This document shows, piece by piece, positions 56,141 to 64,000 of a stretch of DNA of 64,000 nucleotides; position 1 is the first letter of the stretch; each line of letters begins with the position of its first letter. The notes under the pieces are model-generated. The model was not told the origin of the DNA. It ran no database searches and saw only the letters and a program-made list of their open reading frames with translations. The stretch lies in contig CACCCN010000001.1 in NCBI GenBank assembly GCA_902544525.1, positions 41,289 to 105,288 on the forward strand, read 5' to 3'. Both the position numbers and the translations under genes were made by a program. This DNA is from an uncultured Pelagibacteraceae bacterium (GTDB taxonomy: Bacteria; Pseudomonadota; Alphaproteobacteria; Pelagibacterales; AG-422-B15).

Positions 56141-56899
56141 TTAAATAAGTTTTTGCATTTTTTCTAAATCTTCCGGAGTATCCACGCCTAAAGGTAAAAA
56201 GTCAATTAGTTGAATATCTATTCGCATCTGATTATCTAATGCCCTCAACTGCTCAAGTTTTTGATCAATTTCTCTTGTCGATGGTGCCAAATGAACAAAC
56301 TTTTCTAGAGCTGGGCGTGTATAGGCATAGAGACCAATGTGGTGCAAATAATTGCCGTTAATTGATGCTTCTGGAGTTCTTGTAAAATTAATAGCTCTAC
56401 CAATTTTAGTATTTGGGTTTATGTCTGCAATAGCCTTGACTATACTTTTACTGTTTATCTCATCATGATCTGTCATCTCACATACCAGCGTGCTAACTTC
56501 AGCTGCTTCATCAGAAAGCAAGTTCACCACTGACGATAAACACTCTCTATTTATCTGTGGCAAATCACCTTGAAGATTAACAATGAAATTAATATTTTTG
56601 TCCTGATCAAAATTTTCTAAAGCTTCGTAGATACGATCAGTCCCAGATTGGTGATTCGATCGAGTAAGTTCACAATTACCCCCAGCTTCAGATATTACTT
56701 CTTTAATTTTGTCACTGTCAGTTGCAACTATTACTTTCCCAATTTCAGCAGCAACTGCCTGTTCCCATACATGCAGTATCATTGGTTTACCATTAATGGG
56801 CAATAACGGCTTATTCGGGAGTCTTGTTGAAGCAAGGCGAGCTGGAATTATAATTGCAGTATTTTCTTGATTTATCATGGTCATATTGTGCGACGTCAA
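56141..56899 (-). CDS. kdsB: 3-deoxy-manno-octulosonate cytidylyltransferase
   Basis: Motifs IIIPARLASTRLPNKPL, NLQGDLP and LEQLRAL. The true start may be an internal Met at 56878. Confidence 0.9.
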   Translation of the reverse strand: MTSHNMTMINQENTAIIIPARLASTRLPNKPLLPINGKPMILHVWEQAVAAEIGKVIVATDSDKIKEVISEAGGNCELTRSNHQSGTDRIYEALENFDQDKNINFIVNLQGDLPQINRECLSSVVNLLSDEAAEVSTLVCEMTDHDEINSKSIVKAIADINPNTKIGRAINFTRTPEASINGNYLHHIGLYAYTRPALEKFVHLAPSTREIDQKLEQLRALDNQMRIDIQLIDFLPLGVDTPEDLEKMQKLI

Positions 56900-56972
56900 G
56901 GCGCATTATAACTTGAATAGTTTAGATTTATGTTCTAATTATAACTCAAATCTACACAATTATAAGAATTTT

Positions 56973-57518
56973 ATGGACTCATTAGAAATCAACAAATTAG
57001 TCGCCGGTATACTTGTAGTTGTACTAATCATTATCGGAATATCCAATTTTGCTGAGATCTTATATCATGTCGAACAGCCTAAAGTTGCACATTACGTTAT
57101 CGAAGGTGTGGATGATACTACTATGGCAAGTGCTACTGATGAAGTAGTAGCTGAACCTGTTGAAGAACCAATACTTACTCTATTGGCATCTGCTAACATA
57201 GAAAAAGGAATGAAAACTTTTAAAAAATGTTCTTCTTGTCATGTTGCAGTAAAAGACGGTGCTAATAAAATTGGACCTGGATTATGGGAAATTGTTAATA
57301 AAGAAAAAGGTGTGGTTGATGGTTTTTCATACTCAAATGCTCTTGTTAGTTACGGCGGTAAATGGACTTATGATGAACTAAATGGTTTTCTAAAAAATCC
57401 AAAACAATATATTGCAGGTACCAAAATGTCTTTTGCCGGGCTCAAAAAATCTAGTGATCGTGCCAACGTTATTTTATACTTAAGAAGTTTAAGTGATAGC
57501 CCTGCTCCCTTAGAGTAA
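56973..57518 (+). CDS. Membrane-anchored c-type cytochrome (class I, CycM-like)
   Basis: N-terminal TM anchor, heme motif CSSCH, and a distal Met in GTKMSFAG. I prefer the ATG at 56973; the ORF-track start at 56877 overlaps kdsB. Confidence 0.8.
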   Translation: MDSLEINKLVAGILVVVLIIIGISNFAEILYHVEQPKVAHYVIEGVDDTTMASATDEVVAEPVEEPILTLLASANIEKGMKTFKKCSSCHVAVKDGANKIGPGLWEIVNKEKGVVDGFSYSNALVSYGGKWTYDELNGFLKNPKQYIAGTKMSFAGLKKSSDRANVILYLRSLSDSPAPLE

Positions 57519-57575
57519 TCAAGATAAATTTAAATTGTACTTTATTTGAACCTTGCAACAGGTTAGATTCTGTTG

Positions 57576-58937
57576 ATGCAGTCTAATACAAATTCATTCG
57601 CAGCCTATTGGGATCGCAGAATGTTAAGAATACTTTTGCTTGGTATTATAAGTGGATTTCCTTGGGTATTAATTGGTAGTGCTTTAACGTTGTGGTTAAA
57701 GGAAGATGGAATAAGTAGAAGCACCATTGGTTGGGCTGGATTAATTTTTAGTGTTTATGCGATAAATTTCCTTTGGGCTCCGCTAATAGATCGTATAAAA
57801 ATACCTATATTAACTTCATTAGTTGGTCACCGAAAAGCATGGATTATGTCTATGCAATTAATAATTCTTCTATCTTTAGTTGTGTGGAGTTTTTTAAGTC
57901 CTGTAGATAATCTAGGAGTTATTGTCGTTATAGGTCTAATTATAGCTATATCTTCTGCCTCACAAGACATCACTATTGATGCATTACGAATTGAACAGAT
58001 TGGAAAAAATGAGTCTGCTGCAATGGCTGCTGGTGCTGCGACTGCTGTAGTTGGTTGGTGGAGTGGATATAAGCTAGGTGGTTTAGTTACATTAATTACT
58101 GCAGATTGGATACAAGCTTTAGGTATAGAAAATTATTGGCAAGTAACCTTTATTATAGTTTGTAGTATCGTGGTTCTTTGCGGTATTGGATTATTTTTTA
58201 TTCCCGAAACAGGCACTAATGAACGTATTCAATCACAACAAAAAGATCAGAAAAATATTCAAGGTAGAATTGGAATTACAGGTAGTTTAGGTAGTTTGAT
58301 AGCTTGGTTTACTGCTACCATAGTAAGCCCATTATTTAGTTTTTTTAAACAAAATGGACTAGCGATTGGTGTTTCAATAGTGGGTTTTATTTTTCTATTT
58401 AAAATTGGAGAGGCGTTCTTAGGAAGGATGTCGATTTTATTTTATAAAGAGATAGGTTTTTCCAAATCCGATATTGCGTTGTACTCAAAAGGTTTAGGCT
58501 GGATCACTACAGTGGCATTCACCATAGTTGGTGGCTGGTTTGCAATTAGATCGGGAGTTATAAAAGCATTATTTATATCAGGAATCATTATGGCTCTTAC
58601 GAATCTCATGTTCACACTGCTTGCTTGGAGTGGAAAGTCTGAGTTTTTATTTGCTGCTGCAGTTTTATTAGATGATCTTGCTGCCGCCTTTGCAACCGTT
58701 GCCTTTGTAACGTTTATCTCTTTATTAGTTGATCGCAATTATACTGCCACCCAATATGCATTACTAGCATCAATTGGAACAGCCGGTAGAACACTAATGG
58801 CATCTTCGTCTGGTGCATTGGTTGATTGGCTTAATGGCGACTGGGGCATCTTTTTCATAATTACAGCCCTAATGGTAATTCCTTCACTAATATTACTGTG
58901 GCTTATAAAAGAAAAAATAACTTTAAAAGAAAATTAA
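57576..58937 (+). CDS. ampG: AmpG-family MFS permease (muropeptide transporter-like)
   Basis: About 453 aa and 12-14 TM helices. N-terminal RMLRILLLGIISGFPWVLIGSALTLWL and the LWAPLIDR motif are typical of AmpG. Confidence 0.75.
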   Translation: MQSNTNSFAAYWDRRMLRILLLGIISGFPWVLIGSALTLWLKEDGISRSTIGWAGLIFSVYAINFLWAPLIDRIKIPILTSLVGHRKAWIMSMQLIILLSLVVWSFLSPVDNLGVIVVIGLIIAISSASQDITIDALRIEQIGKNESAAMAAGAATAVVGWWSGYKLGGLVTLITADWIQALGIENYWQVTFIIVCSIVVLCGIGLFFIPETGTNERIQSQQKDQKNIQGRIGITGSLGSLIAWFTATIVSPLFSFFKQNGLAIGVSIVGFIFLFKIGEAFLGRMSILFYKEIGFSKSDIALYSKGLGWITTVAFTIVGGWFAIRSGVIKALFISGIIMALTNLMFTLLAWSGKSEFLFAAAVLLDDLAAAFATVAFVTFISLLVDRNYTATQYALLASIGTAGRTLMASSSGALVDWLNGDWGIFFIITALMVIPSLILLWLIKEKITLKEN

Positions 58938-59098
58938 GAGTTAGTTACGAGTGCTATCAACAGGCCAACAAATGCCAGTAATACTAATCCCCAAATAACT
59001 TGTTCCGTTTGACTAGTATCTTTCTTTAAATTGGCGACTTTTGAGGCTCCATAAAAGAAAATAGCTATACAAATTAATATAAAAACAATTCTAAACAT
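58934..59098 (-). CDS. Hypothetical small 2-TM membrane protein (54 aa)
   Basis: Translates to MFRIVFILICIAIFFYGASKVANLKKDTSQTEQVIWGLVLLAFVGLLIALVTNS. Its ATG overlaps the upstream stop (TAATG). Below the ORF-track cutoff. Confidence 0.3.
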   Translation of the reverse strand: MFRIVFILICIAIFFYGASKVANLKKDTSQTEQVIWGLVLLAFVGLLIALVTNS

Positions 59099-59727
59099 TA
59101 TTTACCCTGAAAACGACGATAATAGAAAATAGCCAAATAGTAAAATAAGAATGTACCGATAAACCACACTGACTGCGCCTGCAGCGTTGCTTCACGCTCT
59201 CCAAAATTAAACAGAGTAGGATTAAACCATGGGCCTAAAGGCATCATAGGGCCCCATGAAATTCGAGCGTCACTTCCTATTTGGTTATGATATAAGATCA
59301 TCTCCACCCATATGTTTTGCCCCATATACCATATGAATAAAATTAAAAATGCCGGCCACACAAACTTTTCAAATGGTAAAGCTAAGTGATTATAGTATTT
59401 ATTTACCAAGATAATACCAAGCCATACGACACCAGTGTCTACTATTGAATTAGTTAGCCAATTAATTTGATAGGGAATGGCACAGTTTAAAGCATCTGTT
59501 CTTCGAACAGTAACGTGCTGCCCATCAATTAAACCAAAGTTCATCCAGATTTCCCAACCAAATACTGCTACTAAAAAAGAAGAGACCAGAGTATAGGCAA
59601 TCCATTTTTTTGTTCGCCCACTTAGTACTGCATATAGCGACACTACAAACGTTAATAATACCGAACTATAAATTACAATTACTTTACGCCACTCATCAGA
59701 TTCCAAACCACATTCAAATAAATACAT
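59098..59727 (-). CDS. Hypothetical polytopic membrane protein (Trp-rich)
   Basis: About 209 aa and 5-6 TM helices, with no recognised motif. The ATG at 59727 lies 1 nt after the NlpC/P60 stop; the ORF track extends to 59763. Confidence 0.45.
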   Translation of the reverse strand: MYLFECGLESDEWRKVIVIYSSVLLTFVVSLYAVLSGRTKKWIAYTLVSSFLVAVFGWEIWMNFGLIDGQHVTVRRTDALNCAIPYQINWLTNSIVDTGVVWLGIILVNKYYNHLALPFEKFVWPAFLILFIWYMGQNIWVEMILYHNQIGSDARISWGPMMPLGPWFNPTLFNFGEREATLQAQSVWFIGTFLFYYLAIFYYRRFQGK

Positions 59728-59728
59728 A

Positions 59729-60565
59729 TCAATAGTCTCTACCCATTTTTGTAATCTTGCCATAGGTTCTTTTTATTCTTGCCTTCGCTTGCTTTAAAGG
59801 CTCTATTTTTGTGCACATATGAAATGCATTGGCATGAATAATATTCGAATTATCTATCATCATTGCTACGTGACCCTTCCAAAAAATTAAGTCGCCTTTT
59901 TTTAAATTTTTCTCTACAACCTCGGTTTTAATGAAGTCTTCTTGTAAGTCTGTATCTCTCGGAAAGTACTTACTATTAATCTGAAAAATATTTTGTATTA
60001 AACCAGAGCAGTCAATTCCAATTGAGTTACGACCACCCCACAGATACGGAGTATTAATAAATTTTTTTACAAGATCTATTTGATTTAAGTCATTAGTTTT
60101 CATACTGACTATATCATTTCGATGACACCAACCTAGATTTTTAATTTTATAAAAATGTTTATTTTTAATTTTCCCAGTAATTTCAATTAGAGAATTAAAG
60201 CTAAGTTCAGTAATAGGAATAGATTTTATATTAGGTTCTTTGTAAACTATACATCTTAGTACTATGACTTTATGAGTTGAATTAATTTTTTTCGTTTGTA
60301 AGTTTTTAACCGGTGTGTAGCCAACATAATCGTCACGCAAAGATTGCACCCAAGCATAGCCTTTCTTTACTTCAAAAACATAAACTGCCTCTCCATAAAG
60401 TAATTGCGAAATTAAATTTTTTTTATCTTTAGAAAATAAGTTTGTATAATTTGATTTAATATAATGAACTTTGCCTTTAACAAATTTTCTTTTACTTAAA
60501 AAATCTTTATATTCATATGAGGCTAAATCATTTCTGATGGGAGTGATACGTTTATCGAAGATCAC
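59729..60565 (-). CDS. NlpC/P60 (C40) peptidase with N-terminal SH3b-like domains, no signal peptide
   Basis: Catalytic Cys context GGRNSIGIDCSGLIQ and catalytic His context GDLIFWKGHVAMM. Confidence 0.8.
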   Translation of the reverse strand: MIFDKRITPIRNDLASYEYKDFLSKRKFVKGKVHYIKSNYTNLFSKDKKNLISQLLYGEAVYVFEVKKGYAWVQSLRDDYVGYTPVKNLQTKKINSTHKVIVLRCIVYKEPNIKSIPITELSFNSLIEITGKIKNKHFYKIKNLGWCHRNDIVSMKTNDLNQIDLVKKFINTPYLWGGRNSIGIDCSGLIQNIFQINSKYFPRDTDLQEDFIKTEVVEKNLKKGDLIFWKGHVAMMIDNSNIIHANAFHMCTKIEPLKQAKARIKRTYGKITKMGRDY

Positions 60566-60575
60566 CTTTATTATT

Positions 60576-60896
60576 CTATATTGAGTTCGCTAGGTAGATT
60601 AAAACAATGATAACTGTAAATATTCCACCAAATATCATTGTAGCTCTAACCGTTACATTTATCCTATCGGCAAAAAAAATATGATAAATTGCAGCACCCA
60701 ATAGTGGCACCAGTATTATTACCAATGTCCAAATCAACTTAGATGTACTTGAGCTTAATCTATTTTCTGAAAGTTCATATAAAGCAAGTGGTGTCCAGGC
60801 AGCATATAAAAATATTGGCAGGTAATAACCATAAAAATTAAATAGAAGAGATAAAAATGTAATATCTCCAATCGGAAAAGCTGCAACACCAGGCAT
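60576..60896 (-). CDS. Small membrane protein with PLD-nuclease N-terminal (PLDc_N) type motif
   Basis: 106 aa and 3-4 TM helices. The segment KLIWTLVIILVPLLGAAIYHIF resembles the PLDc_N motif. Confidence 0.5.
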   Translation of the reverse strand: MPGVAAFPIGDITFLSLLFNFYGYYLPIFLYAAWTPLALYELSENRLSSSTSKLIWTLVIILVPLLGAAIYHIFFADRINVTVRATMIFGGIFTVIIVLIYLANSI

Positions 60897-60936
60897 ATTA
60901 TTTTCTCCTTTTATAAAATCGTAAACTAAGCATAAG

Positions 60937-62544
60937 TTAGTTTAAATACTTTTCTGCAGTTTCTGGTAACTTAATATTTGTAAAATCTATGTCATACTTA
61001 GCAAATACATCTACAGCAGGAAAGACATTGTTAAAATATGAGCTAGGACTTTGCATATTTGCTTGAAGAGGTGGTTCAGGCATAGTGCGCCAGTCTCCAA
61101 CCTCAAAAGAACCTTTATTTACATAAACCACCCTTGCAATTGAGCTCCAAAGACCTGAAAGGTCACTGCCTCGAGCAAAAAGATTGCTACCACATGATCC
61201 AGATGTTTGTATTCCTGGTGGAAATGAAGTTTGGAATGAATTGCCCTTAAAACAATTTGCTAGATTTGATACACCACTTAAAGCCATATCAGCTTTATTT
61301 GAATTTATAATAATATTATCCTGAACCAAGTTACCATGTGCTGGCCAATAATTATCATCGAATGAAGCAGTAACAACTACTCCAAAAAGATTATGGTCAT
61401 TAATTACATTATTTTTTATGACATTGTTATTACCACCAGCAATAATAATGCCATTACCTAGCGTAATATACTGATTTGGCCATGCTGGAGCTTTGGTATT
61501 ATTATTATTTTCAATATGGTTGCCTATAATGAAACTTTCACGTTCAGGGGGCAATAACTCGCTATCAAGAGTATTGGGTGCAATACCTCCCATATTATTT
61601 CTAAATACTGAGCTCACAATATAAAGGTTTCCTCCAGAGTTTGTTCCTGAATAACCTAATCCATTATTTTCAGAAATAACGTTATTAATAACAGCATCAC
61701 ATGGGTAACATTGGCCAATATAAAATCCTGCATCTGGAGACCCAGAGGCATAAGAATGTTCTATAATTCCATCAACGGAATCAAAGGCGTAAATACCATA
61801 ATCACCATTATTATAAGCAGTCACATATGAGGCTCTATATCCTTCAGAGGTTGCCCAATAAAAACCATTTAGAAGAGCGTTACGCGCAGTAATATTTTCA
61901 ACTGCAACTCCATCTACCCCTGCTACTATTATACCGTTGGCTTTTTCAAACTCTCCATCAATGATGACTTCGTTTCGATCTATGCCTCTAATTGTAATTG
62001 ACGGAGTCCTAACAACTACTTCCTCATAATATATTCCCCTATCTATTAAAACGAGATCACCTGGATTAGATGCATCCACTGCATCCTGTATTGTTTCATA
62101 AACTAATGGTACATATCTCACATCACCACTAAATTTATTTACAACATCATTTTTTGTAAAATTTGTATATTCTTGATATTCAATATCCCCTACAACCACT
62201 GATCCTGCCATACCCCAATCACCTTCAGGCGTTGCATGATAAGAACAAATATATTTAAAGAGTCCCTCAGTATCAAAATTGACATCAATATAATCATTTT
62301 TCGGAACATCTTCTAAACTACCCCAAGCTGCATCTGTAGCAATGACATTATGAGGATTATTACCTGCATTATAAAATCTCACCAATCCGCCTTCATGTAC
62401 TCTTACTACAGGTGGCGAGAAAGTGTTATCAATCATTCTGACGCCTGTATAAGCTGAAGTACTGCCGTCATCACAACTAGAGAAAGTAATTATAGATGTC
62501 AATAATATTGAAAATCCTAATACTATTCGTTTGAGATTATGCAT
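60937..62544 (-). CDS. Lipoprotein: N-terminal cupredoxin (type 1 Cu) domain fused to a right-handed parallel beta-helix (NosD/pectate-lyase-like) domain
   Basis: Lipobox ITFSSC. Candidate Cu ligands are PHNV...CSYH...GM. The beta-helix part shows TIQDAVDASNPGDLVLIDRGIYYEEVVV followed by many N/G-rich coil repeats. Confidence 0.6.
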   Translation of the reverse strand: MHNLKRIVLGFSILLTSIITFSSCDDGSTSAYTGVRMIDNTFSPPVVRVHEGGLVRFYNAGNNPHNVIATDAAWGSLEDVPKNDYIDVNFDTEGLFKYICSYHATPEGDWGMAGSVVVGDIEYQEYTNFTKNDVVNKFSGDVRYVPLVYETIQDAVDASNPGDLVLIDRGIYYEEVVVRTPSITIRGIDRNEVIIDGEFEKANGIIVAGVDGVAVENITARNALLNGFYWATSEGYRASYVTAYNNGDYGIYAFDSVDGIIEHSYASGSPDAGFYIGQCYPCDAVINNVISENNGLGYSGTNSGGNLYIVSSVFRNNMGGIAPNTLDSELLPPERESFIIGNHIENNNNTKAPAWPNQYITLGNGIIIAGGNNNVIKNNVINDHNLFGVVVTASFDDNYWPAHGNLVQDNIIINSNKADMALSGVSNLANCFKGNSFQTSFPPGIQTSGSCGSNLFARGSDLSGLWSSIARVVYVNKGSFEVGDWRTMPEPPLQANMQSPSSYFNNVFPAVDVFAKYDIDFTNIKLPETAEKYLN

Positions 62545-62583
62545 TAGATGATTATGTATTATGTGTATAGAATCTCAATAAAT

Positions 62584-62907
62584 TTATATTTCAGACAATT
62601 GAACATCATAACGTGATTTTAAAGTCTTTAGGAACACTTTAAGCGTTTCATCAGTTTTATGGCTCTCGAGATATTTTCTGTGAATAATCTCATCTTTAAA
62701 CCTTAAAATGATACATATATCATATTGTTTGTTGTTATATTCGTGCTGATTAATGATATCCCCATGATATAATACCTCAATACCATAACTTTCAATCAGT
62801 TTTGAGACATCACTTTTTATGTATAAGAATTCAGTTTTGGCATTTTCTGTTAGTTCAACTAAAGTTAATACGTCTAATGGGTACGGTATTTTTTTAATAA
62901 GCTTCAT
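62584..62907 (-). CDS. Hypothetical protein (possible small alpha/beta-barrel, DUF1330-like)
   Basis: 107-aa ORF. The resemblance to any known family is weak. Confidence 0.35.
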   Translation of the reverse strand: MKLIKKIPYPLDVLTLVELTENAKTEFLYIKSDVSKLIESYGIEVLYHGDIINQHEYNNKQYDICIILRFKDEIIHRKYLESHKTDETLKVFLKTLKSRYDVQLSEI

Positions 62908-62983
62908 TAATAAAAATATTAATTTAATGAATAAAAAAAGTCACTATTTTCTAATTATAATTTTAATCTCTAAGATTTAGTTA

Positions 62984-63211
62984 TTATCTTGGATTTTTTC
63001 TCAAATAATTGATAAATTTAATTAATTCATTTAATTGGTCATCAGGAATATCTTTATATGAACAACCATATTTATTCTTAATTTCAAGTGATATATGTGC
63101 GTAAGGGTTTCTTCCTTTTGGATGGTTTGGGTGATCTGGAAGCACTCCTTTTAGAGAATCTCCTGCTTCTAAAATTAATTGCCATATTTTTTTTGCATTT
63201 TTTTCATGCAT
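62984..63211 (-). CDS. Hypothetical small protein
   Basis: 75-aa ORF (MHEKNAKKIWQLILEAGDSL...). No recognised motif. Confidence 0.35.
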   Translation of the reverse strand: MHEKNAKKIWQLILEAGDSLKGVLPDHPNHPKGRNPYAHISLEIKNKYGCSYKDIPDDQLNELIKFINYLRKNPR

Positions 63212-63236
63212 ATAAATATAATATAGTAAGACTTGT

Positions 63237-63596
63237 ATGGTTAAAAATATAAATGCAATAAATTGTTTTGATACTCTGAAAAAAATAGAAAATTCTCAAT
63301 TAATTGATGTAAGGACGCCAAAAGAATGGCGGAAAGACGGTTGTGCAGATTTAACATTATTAAAAAAGAAATTATACCTTGTTACTTGGAATGAGTCTGA
63401 GGAAGAGTTTTTTAATAAGATTAAGAATTTAAATTTCAAAAAAGAAGAAACATTGTTTTTTATTTGTAGATCGGGTATTCGATCAGCTAATGCTGTAAGT
63501 TTTCTGATTAACAAATGTATGCTTGATAGCTGCTATAATGTTGAAGGTGGCATGGAATTTGGCTGGAAATGTGCAAATTTACCAATGAACTTATAA
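63237..63596 (+). CDS. Rhodanese-like domain protein
   Basis: 119 aa with the active-site loop CRSGIRS and a QLIDVRTPKEW N-terminal motif. Confidence 0.8.
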   Translation: MVKNINAINCFDTLKKIENSQLIDVRTPKEWRKDGCADLTLLKKKLYLVTWNESEEEFFNKIKNLNFKKEETLFFICRSGIRSANAVSFLINKCMLDSCYNVEGGMEFGWKCANLPMNL

Positions 63597-63696
63597 TAAT
63601 TTATTCTGTATATAATTTATATCATTAAAAATTAGTCTATAAACTTGGCAATAAAAATAGATATAATTTTTAACCACATTTACATATATTTTTATC

Positions 63697-64000
63697 ATGA
63701 GTCAAATTTTAAAAAGAACTGAGAATTTACTTCTAGCATTAGAAAGTATAAATGATAAATCAAGATTCGCATCATTATCTAATTTTAGAAGATCTGTCTA
63801 CGGATTTAAAATTTTAGTGGATGTAATGCACAGTTATTTAAACAATGACAATGCTGAATTATGTACAAAGGAATATTTAACCAAGAGAGTTTCTTCACTC
63901 GCCTCAAGAGCAACAATAATAAATTTTATCAACGATCAAATTAGTTTTGGATCCTTAGTTGCTAATACGAGCTCAATTGATGGAAGAATTAAAATAATTA
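63697..64000 (+). CDS. Hypothetical protein, possible winged-helix (MarR-like) regulator; 3' end beyond the window
   Basis: Open from ATG 63697 to the window end. The ...YLTKRVSSLASRATIINFINDQISFGSLVANTSSIDGRIKII segment resembles a wHTH recognition helix plus wing. Confidence 0.3.
   Translation, partial: MSQILKRTENLLLALESINDKSRFASLSNFRRSVYGFKILVDVMHSYLNNDNAELCTKEYLTKRVSSLASRATIINFINDQISFGSLVANTSSIDGRIKII

Noticed and set aside
56931-56944. Imperfect palindrome GTTCTAATTATAAC, plus three ATTATAA(C/G) copies upstream of the cytochrome c gene, reminiscent of the Zur half-site TATAAC
   Set aside because: There are two mismatches, and the spacing is 14-mer even versus the 13-mer odd dyad at znu. 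There is no biological reason for Zur control, and such A/T palindromes are common in this composition.
1-64000. Window-wide look for CRISPR arrays, rRNA, IS elements/transposases, integrases, prophage genes and long direct repeats
   Set aside because: None was seen. Apart from the 261-bp gcrA upstream spacer, non-coding gaps run to about 200 bp at most, and none shows repeat-spacer structure or sequence diagnostic of these elements. Long dispersed repeats cannot be excluded without a self-alignment dot-plot.

Overview
Gene-dense, visibly AT-rich bacterial chromosome segment (GC not computed). It holds about 80 genes and almost no non-coding DNA, with many ATGA/TAATG-type start/stop overlaps. 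Lineage markers point to Alphaproteobacteria: GcrA, class I LysRS, an Alph_Pro_TM/TIGR02186 protein, ffs-dnaX-ybaB-recR and rpmH-rnpA-yidD-yidC. The streamlined layout suggests a marine oligotroph of the Pelagibacterales/HIMB59 type, but that is inference only. Left to right: (1) a four-gene esterase / GPH symporter / galactokinase / GH1 glycosidase operon. (2) A fatty-acid beta-oxidation neighbourhood (thiolase, thioesterase, crotonase, MaoC hydratase, two acyl-CoA dehydrogenases, SDRs), interrupted by a NUDIX-YbaK-nucleotidyltransferase operon and a TauE/TIGR02186/CcdA trio. (3) Housekeeping genes: pyrD, lysK, apaG, folE, trkH, argF, argD, gcrA, tRNA-Arg, rpmH-rnpA-yidD-yidC, argB, dapD, dapE. 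(4) A zinc-acquisition locus: znuA divergent from a seven-gene znuC-znuB-zur-ZrgABCD-like operon, with a nested-dyad Zur-type operator between them. (5) An accessory island at about 45.1-50.3 kb between ptrB and truA. It contains a convergent PD-(D/E)xK nuclease / C5 cytosine methyltransferase pair, a PUA/EVE-like small protein overlapping the methyltransferase start, a membrane-anchored alpha/beta-hydrolase-staphylococcal-nuclease fusion, and translationally coupled small ORFs of unknown function. This island is my best candidate for an undescribed system. (6) truA-fmt-recR-ybaB-dnaX-ffs, nudC, pheA, kdsB, cytochrome c, ampG, then a minus-strand array with an NlpC/P60 peptidase, orphan membrane proteins and a cupredoxin/beta-helix lipoprotein. 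I found no rRNA, CRISPR array, transposase or integrase. All calls rest on reading the translated ORFs and DNA by eye; no database search was run.
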